Shown: one piece after another, positions 28,171-37,512 of the stretch
Layout: each line of letters opens with the position of its first letter
Numbering within the stretch: the stretch's first letter is position 1
Assembly (NCBI GenBank): GCA_024280855.1
Contig: JAJRPG010000058.1
Span: forward strand, 27,504-91,503
Direction of reading: 5' to 3'
DNA length: 64,000 bases
Source: Planctomycetota bacterium
GTDB lineage: Bacteria > Planctomycetota > Phycisphaerae > UBA1845
Made by a program: the position numbers and the translations under genes
The notes under the pieces: model-generated
The model's database searches: none
Told to the model about the DNA's origin: nothing
The model's input: the letters and a program-made list of their open reading frames with translations, nothing else

Positions 28171-28261
28171 GCGCCAGGTGCGGGAATAGGAATGCCACCA
28201 GGCTCGCGCCAGGTGCTCTGGTAAAAATGCCACCAGGCTCGCGCCGGGTGCTCTGATGGCG
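28171..28261. repeat. 35-bp tandem repeat, about 2.5 units (family D)
   Basis: gcgccaggtgc occurs at 28171, 28206 and 28241. atgccaccaggctc occurs at 28192 and 28227. Each unit can form CACCAGGC-tcgc-GCCAGGTG. Confidence 0.8.
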
Positions 28262-28334
28262 TTAGTCCGCTTCCTCACGGGCGCGGTTCTGGTTTGTGGC
28301 TTATCAGGCGCAATTTTGTTATGATTCGCCACTG

Positions 28335-29549
28335 ATGTCATCAGCAGGACCACTTAACATCATTGTGTTCACGGATACTTTTTTTGAAGTCAATGGTATC
28401 GGTTCGTATTATCGAATGCTTTTGAGCTGGGCGAATCGCACGGAAGGGGTTCGCATCAAAATCATTTGCCCGGTTAGGGATGATTTGGACAATGTTGAGG
28501 TGTCTGAGGATGTCATTCCTGTCAGGGGATTTTTGCAGCGGCCTAATCCTTTTTATAAAGACCTTATTATGGGTTTTTTCCCGGTTAAGAAATTGAAACG
28601 AATCGTGGATGAGATTCCTTCGCCGAAGGTTGTTCACATCGCGACATCAGCTTCGATGGGTTGGTGTGCGGCGAAGGTGGCTAGGGATTTGAAAATACCT
28701 GCGGTGGGATACTATCACACTGATTTACAAGAGTATGGTCGCGTTTATGGCGAGCGATGGTTTGGGCGGCTGGGTGGTCGTCTTTGTCGTTATGGGGCGA
28801 AGTGGCTTGATCGATTTGCCTATGGTAGCTGTGCGTCGATGTGCGTGCCAAGTTTGACGGCGAAGGATACGGTAGGTGGTTTTTTTCGAGGCCCGATTGA
28901 GCTGATTGCTAATCCTGTTGACGTTCAAGGCTTTTGTCCGGGGGAAACCAGGGACGGGTCGTTTAGAAAAAAATATGCCCAAGATGGCCGGGTTTTGGTC
29001 GTGGCTGTGGGGCGGGTGGCCAAAGAGAAAAATTTGGACTTGGTCTGCAAGCTGCTTGGTGATGATGAGCGGATTAAACTTGTTTTTGTGGGTGACGGGC
29101 CATATGCGGCTACCCTTCGTCAGAAGTGGGGGGCTTGTGTGACGGGCTTTTTGCATAAGCAGGAATTGCTGGATGCGTATCAGCAGGCTGATGTTTTTGT
29201 TCAGCTTTCAACGAGCGAAACTTTTGGCTTGTCGCTGGTAGAAGCGCTGGCTAGTGGTCTTCCAGCTTTCGCGCTGCGTTCGCAGGGGTTTGTAAGTACG
29301 ATTGAGCCTGGTCGTGGGGTTGATTTGCTTGAGGAGTCAGACCTTGAGACATTGGCTGACCGGTGCGTGGCGTTGGTGAATGATAAGGCGGAATATCAGC
29401 GGCGGTCTCGTCAGGTTCGTGAGCTTGTTATGCGTATTAGCACGGAAGTTATTTTTCCCGCGTTGCAATCGATTCATGAATTATTATTGCCAAGTGACAC
29501 GATAGAATCGGCGGTCTGCCGTTCTAAAGAAGCTGCTTCTGTAAACTAA
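28335..29549 (+). CDS. GT4-family glycosyltransferase
   Basis: ORF starts at GTG 28296; ATG 28335 preferred. Contains VGRVAKEKN and SETFGLSLVEALASGLP. Confidence 0.8.
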   Translation: MSSAGPLNIIVFTDTFFEVNGIGSYYRMLLSWANRTEGVRIKIICPVRDDLDNVEVSEDVIPVRGFLQRPNPFYKDLIMGFFPVKKLKRIVDEIPSPKVVHIATSASMGWCAAKVARDLKIPAVGYYHTDLQEYGRVYGERWFGRLGGRLCRYGAKWLDRFAYGSCASMCVPSLTAKDTVGGFFRGPIELIANPVDVQGFCPGETRDGSFRKKYAQDGRVLVVAVGRVAKEKNLDLVCKLLGDDERIKLVFVGDGPYAATLRQKWGACVTGFLHKQELLDAYQQADVFVQLSTSETFGLSLVEALASGLPAFALRSQGFVSTIEPGRGVDLLEESDLETLADRCVALVNDKAEYQRRSRQVRELVMRISTEVIFPALQSIHELLLPSDTIESAVCRSKEAASVN

Positions 29550-29565
29550 GCCGGTCTCATCGAAC

Positions 29566-30240
29566 ATGACTAATCGCTCATACATCATGCACAAATTATA
29601 CGCTGGCGGAGTCAGGCTGTATCAGCGGTTGTTCATTGAAACGAAAATTTGGGGGCGAGATAAAATTCCGCCCGGTCCAAAAATTTATGCGGTGAATCAT
29701 ATCAGTTCGCATGACGGATTTTGGCTTGCGCCGTTGTTTACCGAGCCGGTGCATTACATCATTGGGCCTGGTTATCAGTCGTGGCTTGGGACGAAATTTC
29801 TTGATGCGATGGAGTCGATAAACGCTTTTGTTCCAGACGCCAGGGATATGGTCGACCAGGCAGCGGACTATCTGAATAAAGGTGAGCCTGTGGTCATTGC
29901 GCCGGAAGGTGATATTCAGGAGACGTTTTCGCTGGGTCGGTTTATGCCGGGGGTCGCGCGAATTTATATGGCGTCCGGGGTTCCAATTGTTCCGATTGCG
30001 ATGCTTACGCCGCGACGAAATTTGAGAGAAAATGTTAAGAAGCGGCAGGTGATTGATGGCCATGTGTTTCGGATGGTTAATTTATTGCGCGGCCCTTTTT
30101 GTTTTAATATCGGTGAGGCCTGGTCGCCTGGTTATGAAGGATTGAGCGAGGCTAAGCAGGTGGTGCGCATTACGCGCGAATTGCGCGAGCGGATGGAGTC
30201 GCTGGTGGAAGATATGCGTATTAATAAGTTCTGGATGTAA
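29566..30240 (+). CDS. PlsC-family (lysophospholipid-type) acyltransferase
   Basis: 224 aa. HX4D motif NHISSHD, and IAPEG. Confidence 0.75.
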   Translation: MTNRSYIMHKLYAGGVRLYQRLFIETKIWGRDKIPPGPKIYAVNHISSHDGFWLAPLFTEPVHYIIGPGYQSWLGTKFLDAMESINAFVPDARDMVDQAADYLNKGEPVVIAPEGDIQETFSLGRFMPGVARIYMASGVPIVPIAMLTPRRNLRENVKKRQVIDGHVFRMVNLLRGPFCFNIGEAWSPGYEGLSEAKQVVRITRELRERMESLVEDMRINKFWM

Positions 30241-30373
30241 TTTTTATCTAATTGTTGAAAAGGTGCTGATTAGAGCATGTGGTGAGGTGTTGTGTGTTTT
30301 CTGGTTGCTTATCTAGTTGGCATTGTTGACACCTTGATAGTGGCAAGGACACTACGCGACGTGTGGTGTCACT

Positions 30374-30411
30374 GGATTCCCGCTCCCGATGTACTTCGGG
30401 ACGGGAATGAC
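30374..30411 (+). repeat. hairpin repeat family F (GGATTCCCGC...CGGGAATGAC type)
   Basis: ggattcccgctcccgatgtacttcgggacgggaatgac. Nested stems around an ATGTACTT loop. Confidence 0.7.
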
Positions 30412-30460
30412 GGGTTGGCGCGGGGATGGCGTGCGTTAATCGCGGCGGAGTGTTTCTGAT

Positions 30461-33400
30461 ATGAAGCCTAAAGAAAGCGGCGGGATTATTGGCGCGATCG
30501 TGCGCAACCCGGTGATGGCTAATCTTATCGCCATTGGCATCCTCGTCGGTGGGGTGGTAGCTGCGCGTCAGCTACCACGAGAAACATTTCCCGATACTAA
30601 CGTCGATCATATTCTGATTACGGTTCCCTACTTAGGTGCTACGCCTGAAGACATTGAGCAGAGTATTTGCATCAAGATTGAGCAGGCGATTCAGGGTGTG
30701 CCCGGTATTTGGGAACTGACTTCGATTTCACGAGAAAATGTAGGGCTTGTGGTCGCGGCGGTGGATACGGATATTTCGCCCACGGCTGATGTGTTGCAGC
30801 AGATTCGTAATAAGGTTGATGCGATTACTACGTTCCCGCCCGATGCCGAAAGGCCGGTGGCGATTGAAGTAGTGATTCGAAGTGTGGTCATCAACATTGG
30901 CATTAGCGGTGATGTGCCTGAGCATACTTTTAAGCACATTGCTCAGCAGATTCATGACGACTTAGTGGCGAATCCCAACATCTCGCAGGTTAGTATCGCT
31001 GGTGTGCGCGATTATGAAGTAGCTATCAAACTTTCTGAGGAAGGGCTGCAGCGGTATGGGCTGACGTTTCAACATGTGATTGAAGCTATCAAGGCTAGTA
31101 GTTTGGATTTGCCTGCTGGTACGGTGCGCACGCAACAAGAAGAGATTAATGTGCGCACGCTTGGCCAGCGATATAACGCTGCTGATTTTTCAGACTTGGT
31201 CGTTATCGCGAAGTCTGATGGCGCGGTAGTGAGATTAGGGCAAATAGCACAGGTACATGACTCGTTTGAGGATGTGCCTCTTTATGGAAGGGTTGACGGG
31301 CAAGCTGGTGCGATGATTACGGTTTCCAAGACGGGGCCTGAAGACATCAGCGAGATTGCTGAGATTGTGCGAAATTATGTCGCCTCTGCGCAGCGCGATT
31401 TGCCAGATGGTATTCACCTAACGACGTGGGCTGATGCGTCGCGCGATGTTGATGGCCGCTTGAAGATGCTTCTTAAAAATGGCATGACGGGCATGGTGCT
31501 TGTGGTGTTTGCGCTGCTTTTGTTTATGGACTTGCGGTCCACGATTGCGGTGGCGCTGGGGATTCCTGTGGCGTTCGCCGGTGCGGTTGCGGTGTTGGGT
31601 GTGACGGATAGTACCATCAATATGATTAGCCTGTTGGGGCTATTGATGGCGACGGGGATTGTGGTGGATGATGCGATTGTAATTGCTGAGGCTGTGCGCA
31701 AACAGTCTCGCGATGGTCTTGCACCTTTAGATGCTGCGGTGGCAGGGACTCGGCGGGTGGCTTTGCCTGTGCTATTGTCTTCGCTGACGACTATTGTGGC
31801 GTTTATTCCGATCATGTTTGTTAAAGGCGTGATGGGAAAGTTTATTTATGTGTTGCCGGTCGTTGTGATTGCGACGATTGTTGCTTCGGCGATTGAAGCG
31901 TTCGCCATTTTGCCGGCTCACTTAGCTGAGTGGGTGAGCGAGAATAAAGCTGACAAAAAGAATTGGCGAACTCGAACGCGGGCTAAGCTGGACCAATTTA
32001 TTGAAATGGTTGTCACGAAGTATTACCGTCCGGTCGTGCGGTGGTCGTTGGCCCATCGGGGTTTGGTCTTGGCTACGGTTGGTGCGTGTGTGCTAATATC
32101 CGTTGGGTTGGTGTTGGGTGGCCGCACGCCGTTTGTGCTGTTTCCCAAGGTGAATGGTAATACGCTCAAGGCGCGGGTTAAATTTCCAGAGGGTACGCCG
32201 ATTGCGACGACAGAAGCTGCGGTGCTTCGATTGGAAACGGCTGCTCGAATGCTAAATAGTGATCCGTTATTAACGACGGGTAAGCCTGGGCCTTTGGTTC
32301 AGCATATTTATTCGGCAGTTGGTGAATGGGCGGAGTTTGTGCCCGACCGAGGCAGCGCTTACGGCGAGACTTATATTGAATTGATGGCTGCGGAAGATCG
32401 TGATATTGACCTGGCGGTTGTGATAGAAAGATGGCGGGAAGCCGTGGGGGAGATTCACGATACGGAAATTTTTACGATCACGCGACAAGCGCTAGGCCCT
32501 ACAGAAAAACCGTTGGAGATTCGGCTGCTTGGTGACGACTTGCCACAATTACGACAGGCTGCGGATGCTGTGGAGGCTAAGTTAGCTTCGTATGAAGGGG
32601 TGTTTGATATTTCTGACGACCTTAATCCGGGTAAGCGTGAGCTTCAGGTTCGTCTTAAACCTAACGCGGGCAACTTGGGGCTTACGGTGGCGGAGGTCGC
32701 TGGGCAGTTGCGGCAAGGTTTGTTGGGGGCGGACGCGGTTCATTTGCAACGGGGTAAGGATGAGGTTGATGTTGTCGTTAGTTATGGCGTGGACGATAGT
32801 CGTAGCATTGGTGCGATAGAGAAGATGCGTCTGCGGACTAGCGGGGGTGTCGAGATTCCTTTTAGCGAAGTACTTGATACGAAGATGGTGCGTGGTTATT
32901 CGTCCATTGGTCGGCAAGATGGCCGACGTCGGATTCGCATTCAAGCTGATGTAGACGAACGCCACGCCAATGCAGAACAAATTGTACAGACTATAGCCAA
33001 GACGTTTTTACCAGACATCACACGAAAATTTCCTGGCGTTACGTTTCTCATCGATGGACAGCGAGCGCGGATTGAAGAGTCGATGGGTAGTTTATTGTAC
33101 GGCATGATTATCGCGATTGCGGTGATGTATGCACTGCTGGGTTTGCCTTTGCGGTCTTACATTCAGCCGTTGATTATTTTGGCAGCGGTTCCGCTGGGCG
33201 TGGTCGGCGCGATCGTTGGGCATCTGGTCATGGGTGCGGACATTACTTTGATGAGTGTGTTTGGTATGGTGGCACTAGCTGGGATTGTGGTCAACGATTC
33301 GTTGGTTTTACTTGATCGCATTAACGGTAATATATCAGAGGGTGTCGGGGTGCGCGACGCGGTAGCGCGGGCAGGAGAGGAACGATTCCGAGCTGTGGTG

Positions 33401-33664
33401 CTGACGTCGCTGACGACTGTGGTGGGTCTATTGCCATTGCTTTTTGAAACCAGCTCGCAGGCTCAAGCGCTTATTCCCTTGACGATTTCAATGGTGTTTG
33501 GGCTGATGTTTGCGACTGTTCTTACGCTCATTGTTGTACCTGTCATGTTTATCGCGGCGAATGATCTAAAACGATTGGCTCATTGGTTAAGGCGAGGCGG
33601 GGCGTTGCCTTCGCCGGAACGTGTTGAACAAGCAGCCCAGGAGGCCGTCGGCGCTGTGGCGTAG
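30461..33664 (+). CDS. RND efflux transporter permease (AcrB family)
   Basis: 1067 aa, 12-TM architecture with two large periplasmic loops. Confidence 0.9.
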   Translation: MKPKESGGIIGAIVRNPVMANLIAIGILVGGVVAARQLPRETFPDTNVDHILITVPYLGATPEDIEQSICIKIEQAIQGVPGIWELTSISRENVGLVVAAVDTDISPTADVLQQIRNKVDAITTFPPDAERPVAIEVVIRSVVINIGISGDVPEHTFKHIAQQIHDDLVANPNISQVSIAGVRDYEVAIKLSEEGLQRYGLTFQHVIEAIKASSLDLPAGTVRTQQEEINVRTLGQRYNAADFSDLVVIAKSDGAVVRLGQIAQVHDSFEDVPLYGRVDGQAGAMITVSKTGPEDISEIAEIVRNYVASAQRDLPDGIHLTTWADASRDVDGRLKMLLKNGMTGMVLVVFALLLFMDLRSTIAVALGIPVAFAGAVAVLGVTDSTINMISLLGLLMATGIVVDDAIVIAEAVRKQSRDGLAPLDAAVAGTRRVALPVLLSSLTTIVAFIPIMFVKGVMGKFIYVLPVVVIATIVASAIEAFAILPAHLAEWVSENKADKKNWRTRTRAKLDQFIEMVVTKYYRPVVRWSLAHRGLVLATVGACVLISVGLVLGGRTPFVLFPKVNGNTLKARVKFPEGTPIATTEAAVLRLETAARMLNSDPLLTTGKPGPLVQHIYSAVGEWAEFVPDRGSAYGETYIELMAAEDRDIDLAVVIERWREAVGEIHDTEIFTITRQALGPTEKPLEIRLLGDDLPQLRQAADAVEAKLASYEGVFDISDDLNPGKRELQVRLKPNAGNLGLTVAEVAGQLRQGLLGADAVHLQRGKDEVDVVVSYGVDDSRSIGAIEKMRLRTSGGVEIPFSEVLDTKMVRGYSSIGRQDGRRRIRIQADVDERHANAEQIVQTIAKTFLPDITRKFPGVTFLIDGQRARIEESMGSLLYGMIIAIAVMYALLGLPLRSYIQPLIILAAVPLGVVGAIVGHLVMGADITLMSVFGMVALAGIVVNDSLVLLDRINGNISEGVGVRDAVARAGEERFRAVVLTSLTTVVGLLPLLFETSSQAQALIPLTISMVFGLMFATVLTLIVVPVMFIAANDLKRLAHWLRRGGALPSPERVEQAAQEAVGAVA

Positions 33665-33700
33665 ATAGCTGATGAATGAATGAGATTGTCAGGAGGCGAT

Positions 33701-35311
33701 ATGAATAGCCGAAATGATTTTTGTATCGAAAAAAGTGTGCGTTGTCATGTAAAACTCTTCGGCCTACGTGCTGGTTCGGTTTTCGTGTGTGGGCTGATAT
33801 TATTTTCTGGTTGCCGTGTACCGCTCACGAAGTTGGAGTCAATCGTTCAACGTCATCGTGAAGCGATGGCTGAGTTGCCGCCCGAAGATTCTATTCGCAT
33901 TGATGCTTATGGTACGCCGGTACCTATGGATTACGCCAAGCGTATGTTGCCGGAAGGTGAGCTGACGATTGAAGATGCGCGAGGCATAGCTGTGCGGGCC
34001 AATCCTGACATTCACACGGTGCAAGCTCGTTTGGAGGCTGCGGCTGCGAGAATTGAGGAAGCGCGGGCACAGTTTTTTCCACAGATATTTTTTGCTCATA
34101 ACACCACGCGCGTTTTTCAAAGGCCCTCCAATGGCTTAAGTTTTGAATCGTTGATCTCACCCAACGCGGTGGCGACGCCCGCACCACAGGGTACAAACTT
34201 TCTCACCGAAACGTTACGAAATTTGGTTTTGGGTAGTGATGTGAATAAGCCAAATCGTAGCGCATTCAGCGAACATACAACAGGTTTGTCGCTTAGTTGG
34301 ACGGTTTTTGATGGCTATATTCGAGATGCGCAGTTGCGCGCGGCTAAGTATGTTCATCGGGCATCAGCGATGGCGCTGGCAGACATGCAGCGGATTGTCG
34401 TGCAAGCGGTGGATACAGCCTACTTTAGAGTTCAGTTAGCTGAGGAGCAGTTGCGCATTTCTAAGGCTGACGAAACATTTAGTCAGGAGCAGCTTCAGGA
34501 GACGCAGAAACTCGAAACGGCTGGTCGGGCAACCTTGTCTGATGTCAACAACTTTCGTGTGCGTATGTTAGTCGCCAAGGCTAACGTGACGGCTGCGATG
34601 GGTAATCGTGAAATTGGCCGGGTCGCGCTCGCGGAGCTGATGGGATTAGATGGCGTGGATTTGCCTGTAGCGTTAGAACTTTCGCCGTTACAAACGGAAA
34701 CGCCTGAGGCGATGGCTAAGCCTTTGGTTTCGCAATGTATTCAGGATGCATTGACGAACCGGCCTGACACTGCACAGTTAAAGCATTTGGTTCATAGCCG
34801 GGAGGCGCAGGTTCGGGCTGCGAAAGGGTTGGCTTACCCGCTGGTAGCTGCTACGGGTTCGTGGGGATTTAACGACAACACGAATATCCGTTACAGCAAT
34901 GAAGACCAGACCTCGGCTGCGATTATCGCTGTTCGTTGGGCACTTTATACGGGTGGGGCTATTGAAGCGCGCGTGCGAGAGACTGAAGCTCAATTAGATG
35001 AAGCCGAAGCGCGAGAGAGGCGTATAGTGCTTGCGGTTCAATCAGAGGTTAAGCAGGCGGTGATTGCGCTGACGGATGCGCAGGCGCAAATCGTACTGCG
35101 CCGCGAGGCTTTGGAAACATCTTTCGAAAACAGGCGCATTGTGCAAGCGGCGTATTTAGGTGGGAAGCAGCCTTTGACAAGACTCAATGAGACGCAGCGG
35201 GATTATATTGCTGCGGATGCGAACCTGGCTCGGGCGCGAATTCGCCTTCGTCAGGCGTGGAGTGAGCTGGATGCGGCGACGGCTACTCAAATAATTAGCG
35301 AAGAGAATTAG
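33701..35311 (+). CDS. TolC-like outer membrane efflux protein
   Basis: ORF starts at 33680. ATG 33701 is preceded by AGGAGG. Duplicated OEP repeats with coiled coils. Confidence 0.8.
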   Translation: MNSRNDFCIEKSVRCHVKLFGLRAGSVFVCGLILFSGCRVPLTKLESIVQRHREAMAELPPEDSIRIDAYGTPVPMDYAKRMLPEGELTIEDARGIAVRANPDIHTVQARLEAAAARIEEARAQFFPQIFFAHNTTRVFQRPSNGLSFESLISPNAVATPAPQGTNFLTETLRNLVLGSDVNKPNRSAFSEHTTGLSLSWTVFDGYIRDAQLRAAKYVHRASAMALADMQRIVVQAVDTAYFRVQLAEEQLRISKADETFSQEQLQETQKLETAGRATLSDVNNFRVRMLVAKANVTAAMGNREIGRVALAELMGLDGVDLPVALELSPLQTETPEAMAKPLVSQCIQDALTNRPDTAQLKHLVHSREAQVRAAKGLAYPLVAATGSWGFNDNTNIRYSNEDQTSAAIIAVRWALYTGGAIEARVRETEAQLDEAEARERRIVLAVQSEVKQAVIALTDAQAQIVLRREALETSFENRRIVQAAYLGGKQPLTRLNETQRDYIAADANLARARIRLRQAWSELDAATATQIISEEN

Positions 35312-35442
35312 AATTTTGTTCGTGACGATTAGCATGTTGAGAATCTGGAATGGGCACTATGATTGTTAGTACGTTTGTAACGATCAAAAGACCGCTGATA
35401 TTACATAAAGAATAACTTAACCCTCGCCACACGAATGCTTGG

Positions 35443-35480
35443 ATGCCGTCAGAGCCGCACGGCGCAAGCCTGCGGACATG
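35443..35480 (+). repeat. hairpin repeat family B, copy 2
   Basis: atgccgtcagagccgcacggcgcaagcctgcggacatg. Structure is CCGCA-c-GGC-GCAA-GCC-TGCGG. Confidence 0.75.
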
Positions 35481-35562
35481 CTTACATGAACCGTGAGCCA
35501 CGACGATGTTTCTGGACAGCCACCAAGCTTGTGTGTGTGCTTATCAGATGGCATCAGTAAAA

Positions 35563-35592
35563 CGTGCCCGCAGGCTTGCGCCTCTGATGGCG
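35563..35592 (-). repeat. hairpin repeat family B, truncated inverted copy
   Basis: The plus strand reads cgtgcccgcaggcttgcgcctctgatggcg, which is the reverse complement of gccatcagaggcgcaagcctgcgggcacg. Confidence 0.65.
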
Positions 35593-35635
35593 TCCTTCCC
35601 CCACCCTTCGGGAGTACCCGAAGAATGGGGCATCC
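35593..35635 (+). repeat. hairpin repeat family A, copy 6
   Basis: tccttcccccacccttcgggagtacccgaagaatggggcatcc. Confidence 0.85.
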
Positions 35636-35646
35636 GAAGCGCGGGG

Positions 35647-37473
35647 CTATTCTACCGTCACGCTCTTGGCTAGGTTTCTTGGTTTATCAACATTGCATCC
35701 TCGAATGACGGCTGCGTGATAGGCGATTAGTTGAAGTGGTATCACGGTGAGCAGCGGTTGCAATGGTTCGAGGGTGTCGGGTACATATAGCACATGGTCA
35801 GCTAAGTCTTGAATGTCTTTGTCACCTTCCGTAGCTATGGCGATGACGCTTCCGCCTCGGGCACGCACTTCGGAAATGTTGCTGAGAATTTTATCATATT
35901 GCGAGCCAGTGGTGGCGATACAGACTACGGGCATGCCATCGGTAATCAAAGCGAGTGGCCCATGTTTCATCTCGGCGGCTGGTAGACCTTCTGCGTGAAT
36001 GTAACTAATTTCTTTGAGCTTAAGCGCACCTTCTAACGCGACCGGATAGTTATATCCTCTACCCAGGTATAGCCAATTTTCGCGGCTGGCATATTCGCGT
36101 GCTACTTTTTCGGCGGTGTCGGCATGTCCTAAAGTAGTGCGAATCTGGTCAGGAATAGCTGACAATGCTTTCATAAATTGCATGGCTGCGGATGGAGAAA
36201 GATGTTTGCGCCTTCCAAGAAAGCACGAGATGAGTGCCAACACGGCGACCTGGCCTGTGAACGCTTTGGTGCTAGCTACGCCAATTTCCGGGCCTACATG
36301 CAAATAGACGCCTGCGTCTGTTTCTCGTGGGATGGTAGCTCCTACGACGTTTACCACGCCAATCACGAGCGCTCCGCGCTGCTTCGCTTCTCGTATCGCA
36401 GCTTGGGTGTCGGCTGTTTCACCACTTTGCGAGACGGCGATAACGACGGTTCCTTCGTCGATGATTGGATTTCGATAGCGAAATTCGCTGGCATATTCTG
36501 TTTCGGTGGGGACGCGCAGCAATTCTTCAAACAAGTATTCGCCGACCAGTCCTGCATGCCAAGCCGTTCCGCAGGCGGTGATGATAATTCGTTTCGCTTG
36601 GGTGAGTTCTCGGGCGCAGTCTGCTAAGCCGCCAAGATGTATCACGCCTTCTTTAAGATCGATTCGGCCGCGTAAACAGTTTTCCAATGCTTCAGGTTGT
36701 TCGTAGATTTCCTTGAGCATGAAGTGTTCGTAGCCAGCTAATTCGATCTGGTCGAGCGTCCATTCAACCTCTTCAGTTTCCTTCGCGACGGGAACGGCAT
36801 CCAAAGTTGTAATTCTTAAACTGTCGGGCGTAATGCGTGCTATCTCGTTGTCACCGATGTAAACAACCTGAGTTGTATGGGCTAGAATAGCTGCGGCGTC
36901 CGAAGCTAAAATGTGTTCGCCTTGTCCAACGCCAACGATCAACGGGCTACCTTTTCGAGCGGCGATAATGAGGTCTGGTTCGTCGGCGCAAACGACAGCC
37001 ATGCCGTACGTTCCGGAGACTTCGCGCAGCGCGAGACGCACCGCTTGTTCCAAATCACCTTCATATAGTTGGGCAATAAGCTGAACGAGGACTTCGGTAT
37101 CGGTCTCGCTGGTAAAGATCACGCCTTTTTGTTCGAGATAGGTGCGCAGTGTGCGATTGTTTTCGATGATGCCGTTGTGGATGATGGCGAATTTTCCGCT
37201 GGAGTCCGCATGTGGGTGCGCGTTGACGTTGGTTGGTGCGCCATGCGTCGCCCAGCGTGTGTGGCCTATGCCGTGCGTTTGGGGGTGGGCGTCGTAGTCG
37301 AGGGTTCCTTCGAGGACGGATAATCGACCGGCAGCTTTGAGAACAGTAACCTCGCTCGGCTGAACCAAGGCGACGCCCGTTGAGTCGTAGCCTCGATATT
37401 CAAGTCTCCGCAGACCGTCGATGAGAATCGGCAGCGCGGGCTTTCGGCCAACATATCCAATGATCCCACACAT
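35647..37473 (-). CDS. glmS: glutamine--fructose-6-phosphate aminotransferase
   Basis: 608 aa. N-terminal MCGIIGYVG, two SIS domains, ends in KSVTVE. Confidence 0.97.
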   Translation of the reverse strand: MCGIIGYVGRKPALPILIDGLRRLEYRGYDSTGVALVQPSEVTVLKAAGRLSVLEGTLDYDAHPQTHGIGHTRWATHGAPTNVNAHPHADSSGKFAIIHNGIIENNRTLRTYLEQKGVIFTSETDTEVLVQLIAQLYEGDLEQAVRLALREVSGTYGMAVVCADEPDLIIAARKGSPLIVGVGQGEHILASDAAAILAHTTQVVYIGDNEIARITPDSLRITTLDAVPVAKETEEVEWTLDQIELAGYEHFMLKEIYEQPEALENCLRGRIDLKEGVIHLGGLADCARELTQAKRIIITACGTAWHAGLVGEYLFEELLRVPTETEYASEFRYRNPIIDEGTVVIAVSQSGETADTQAAIREAKQRGALVIGVVNVVGATIPRETDAGVYLHVGPEIGVASTKAFTGQVAVLALISCFLGRRKHLSPSAAMQFMKALSAIPDQIRTTLGHADTAEKVAREYASRENWLYLGRGYNYPVALEGALKLKEISYIHAEGLPAAEMKHGPLALITDGMPVVCIATTGSQYDKILSNISEVRARGGSVIAIATEGDKDIQDLADHVLYVPDTLEPLQPLLTVIPLQLIAYHAAVIRGCNVDKPRNLAKSVTVE

Positions 37474-37512
37474 AGGCTTTCACGCCTCCTTAGCGTTTTA
37501 CATGCTGTGTAT

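Noticed and set aside
28171-28261. Possible CRISPR array
   Set aside because: Only about 2.5 directly abutting 35-bp units with no unique spacers, and no cas genes in the window. This is a simple tandem repeat.
28045-28353. ORFs translated from repeat DNA (28045..28353, 24903..25169, 35295..35501, 35493..35708, 22266..22472, 13963..14148, 16966..17397, 18367..18648, 11063..11290)
   Set aside because: Each is built largely from the hairpin repeat families (peptides such as FPHPSGVPEEWG, RGLKPAA, LDFRLRGND). They have no RBS or domain support and are most likely not genes.
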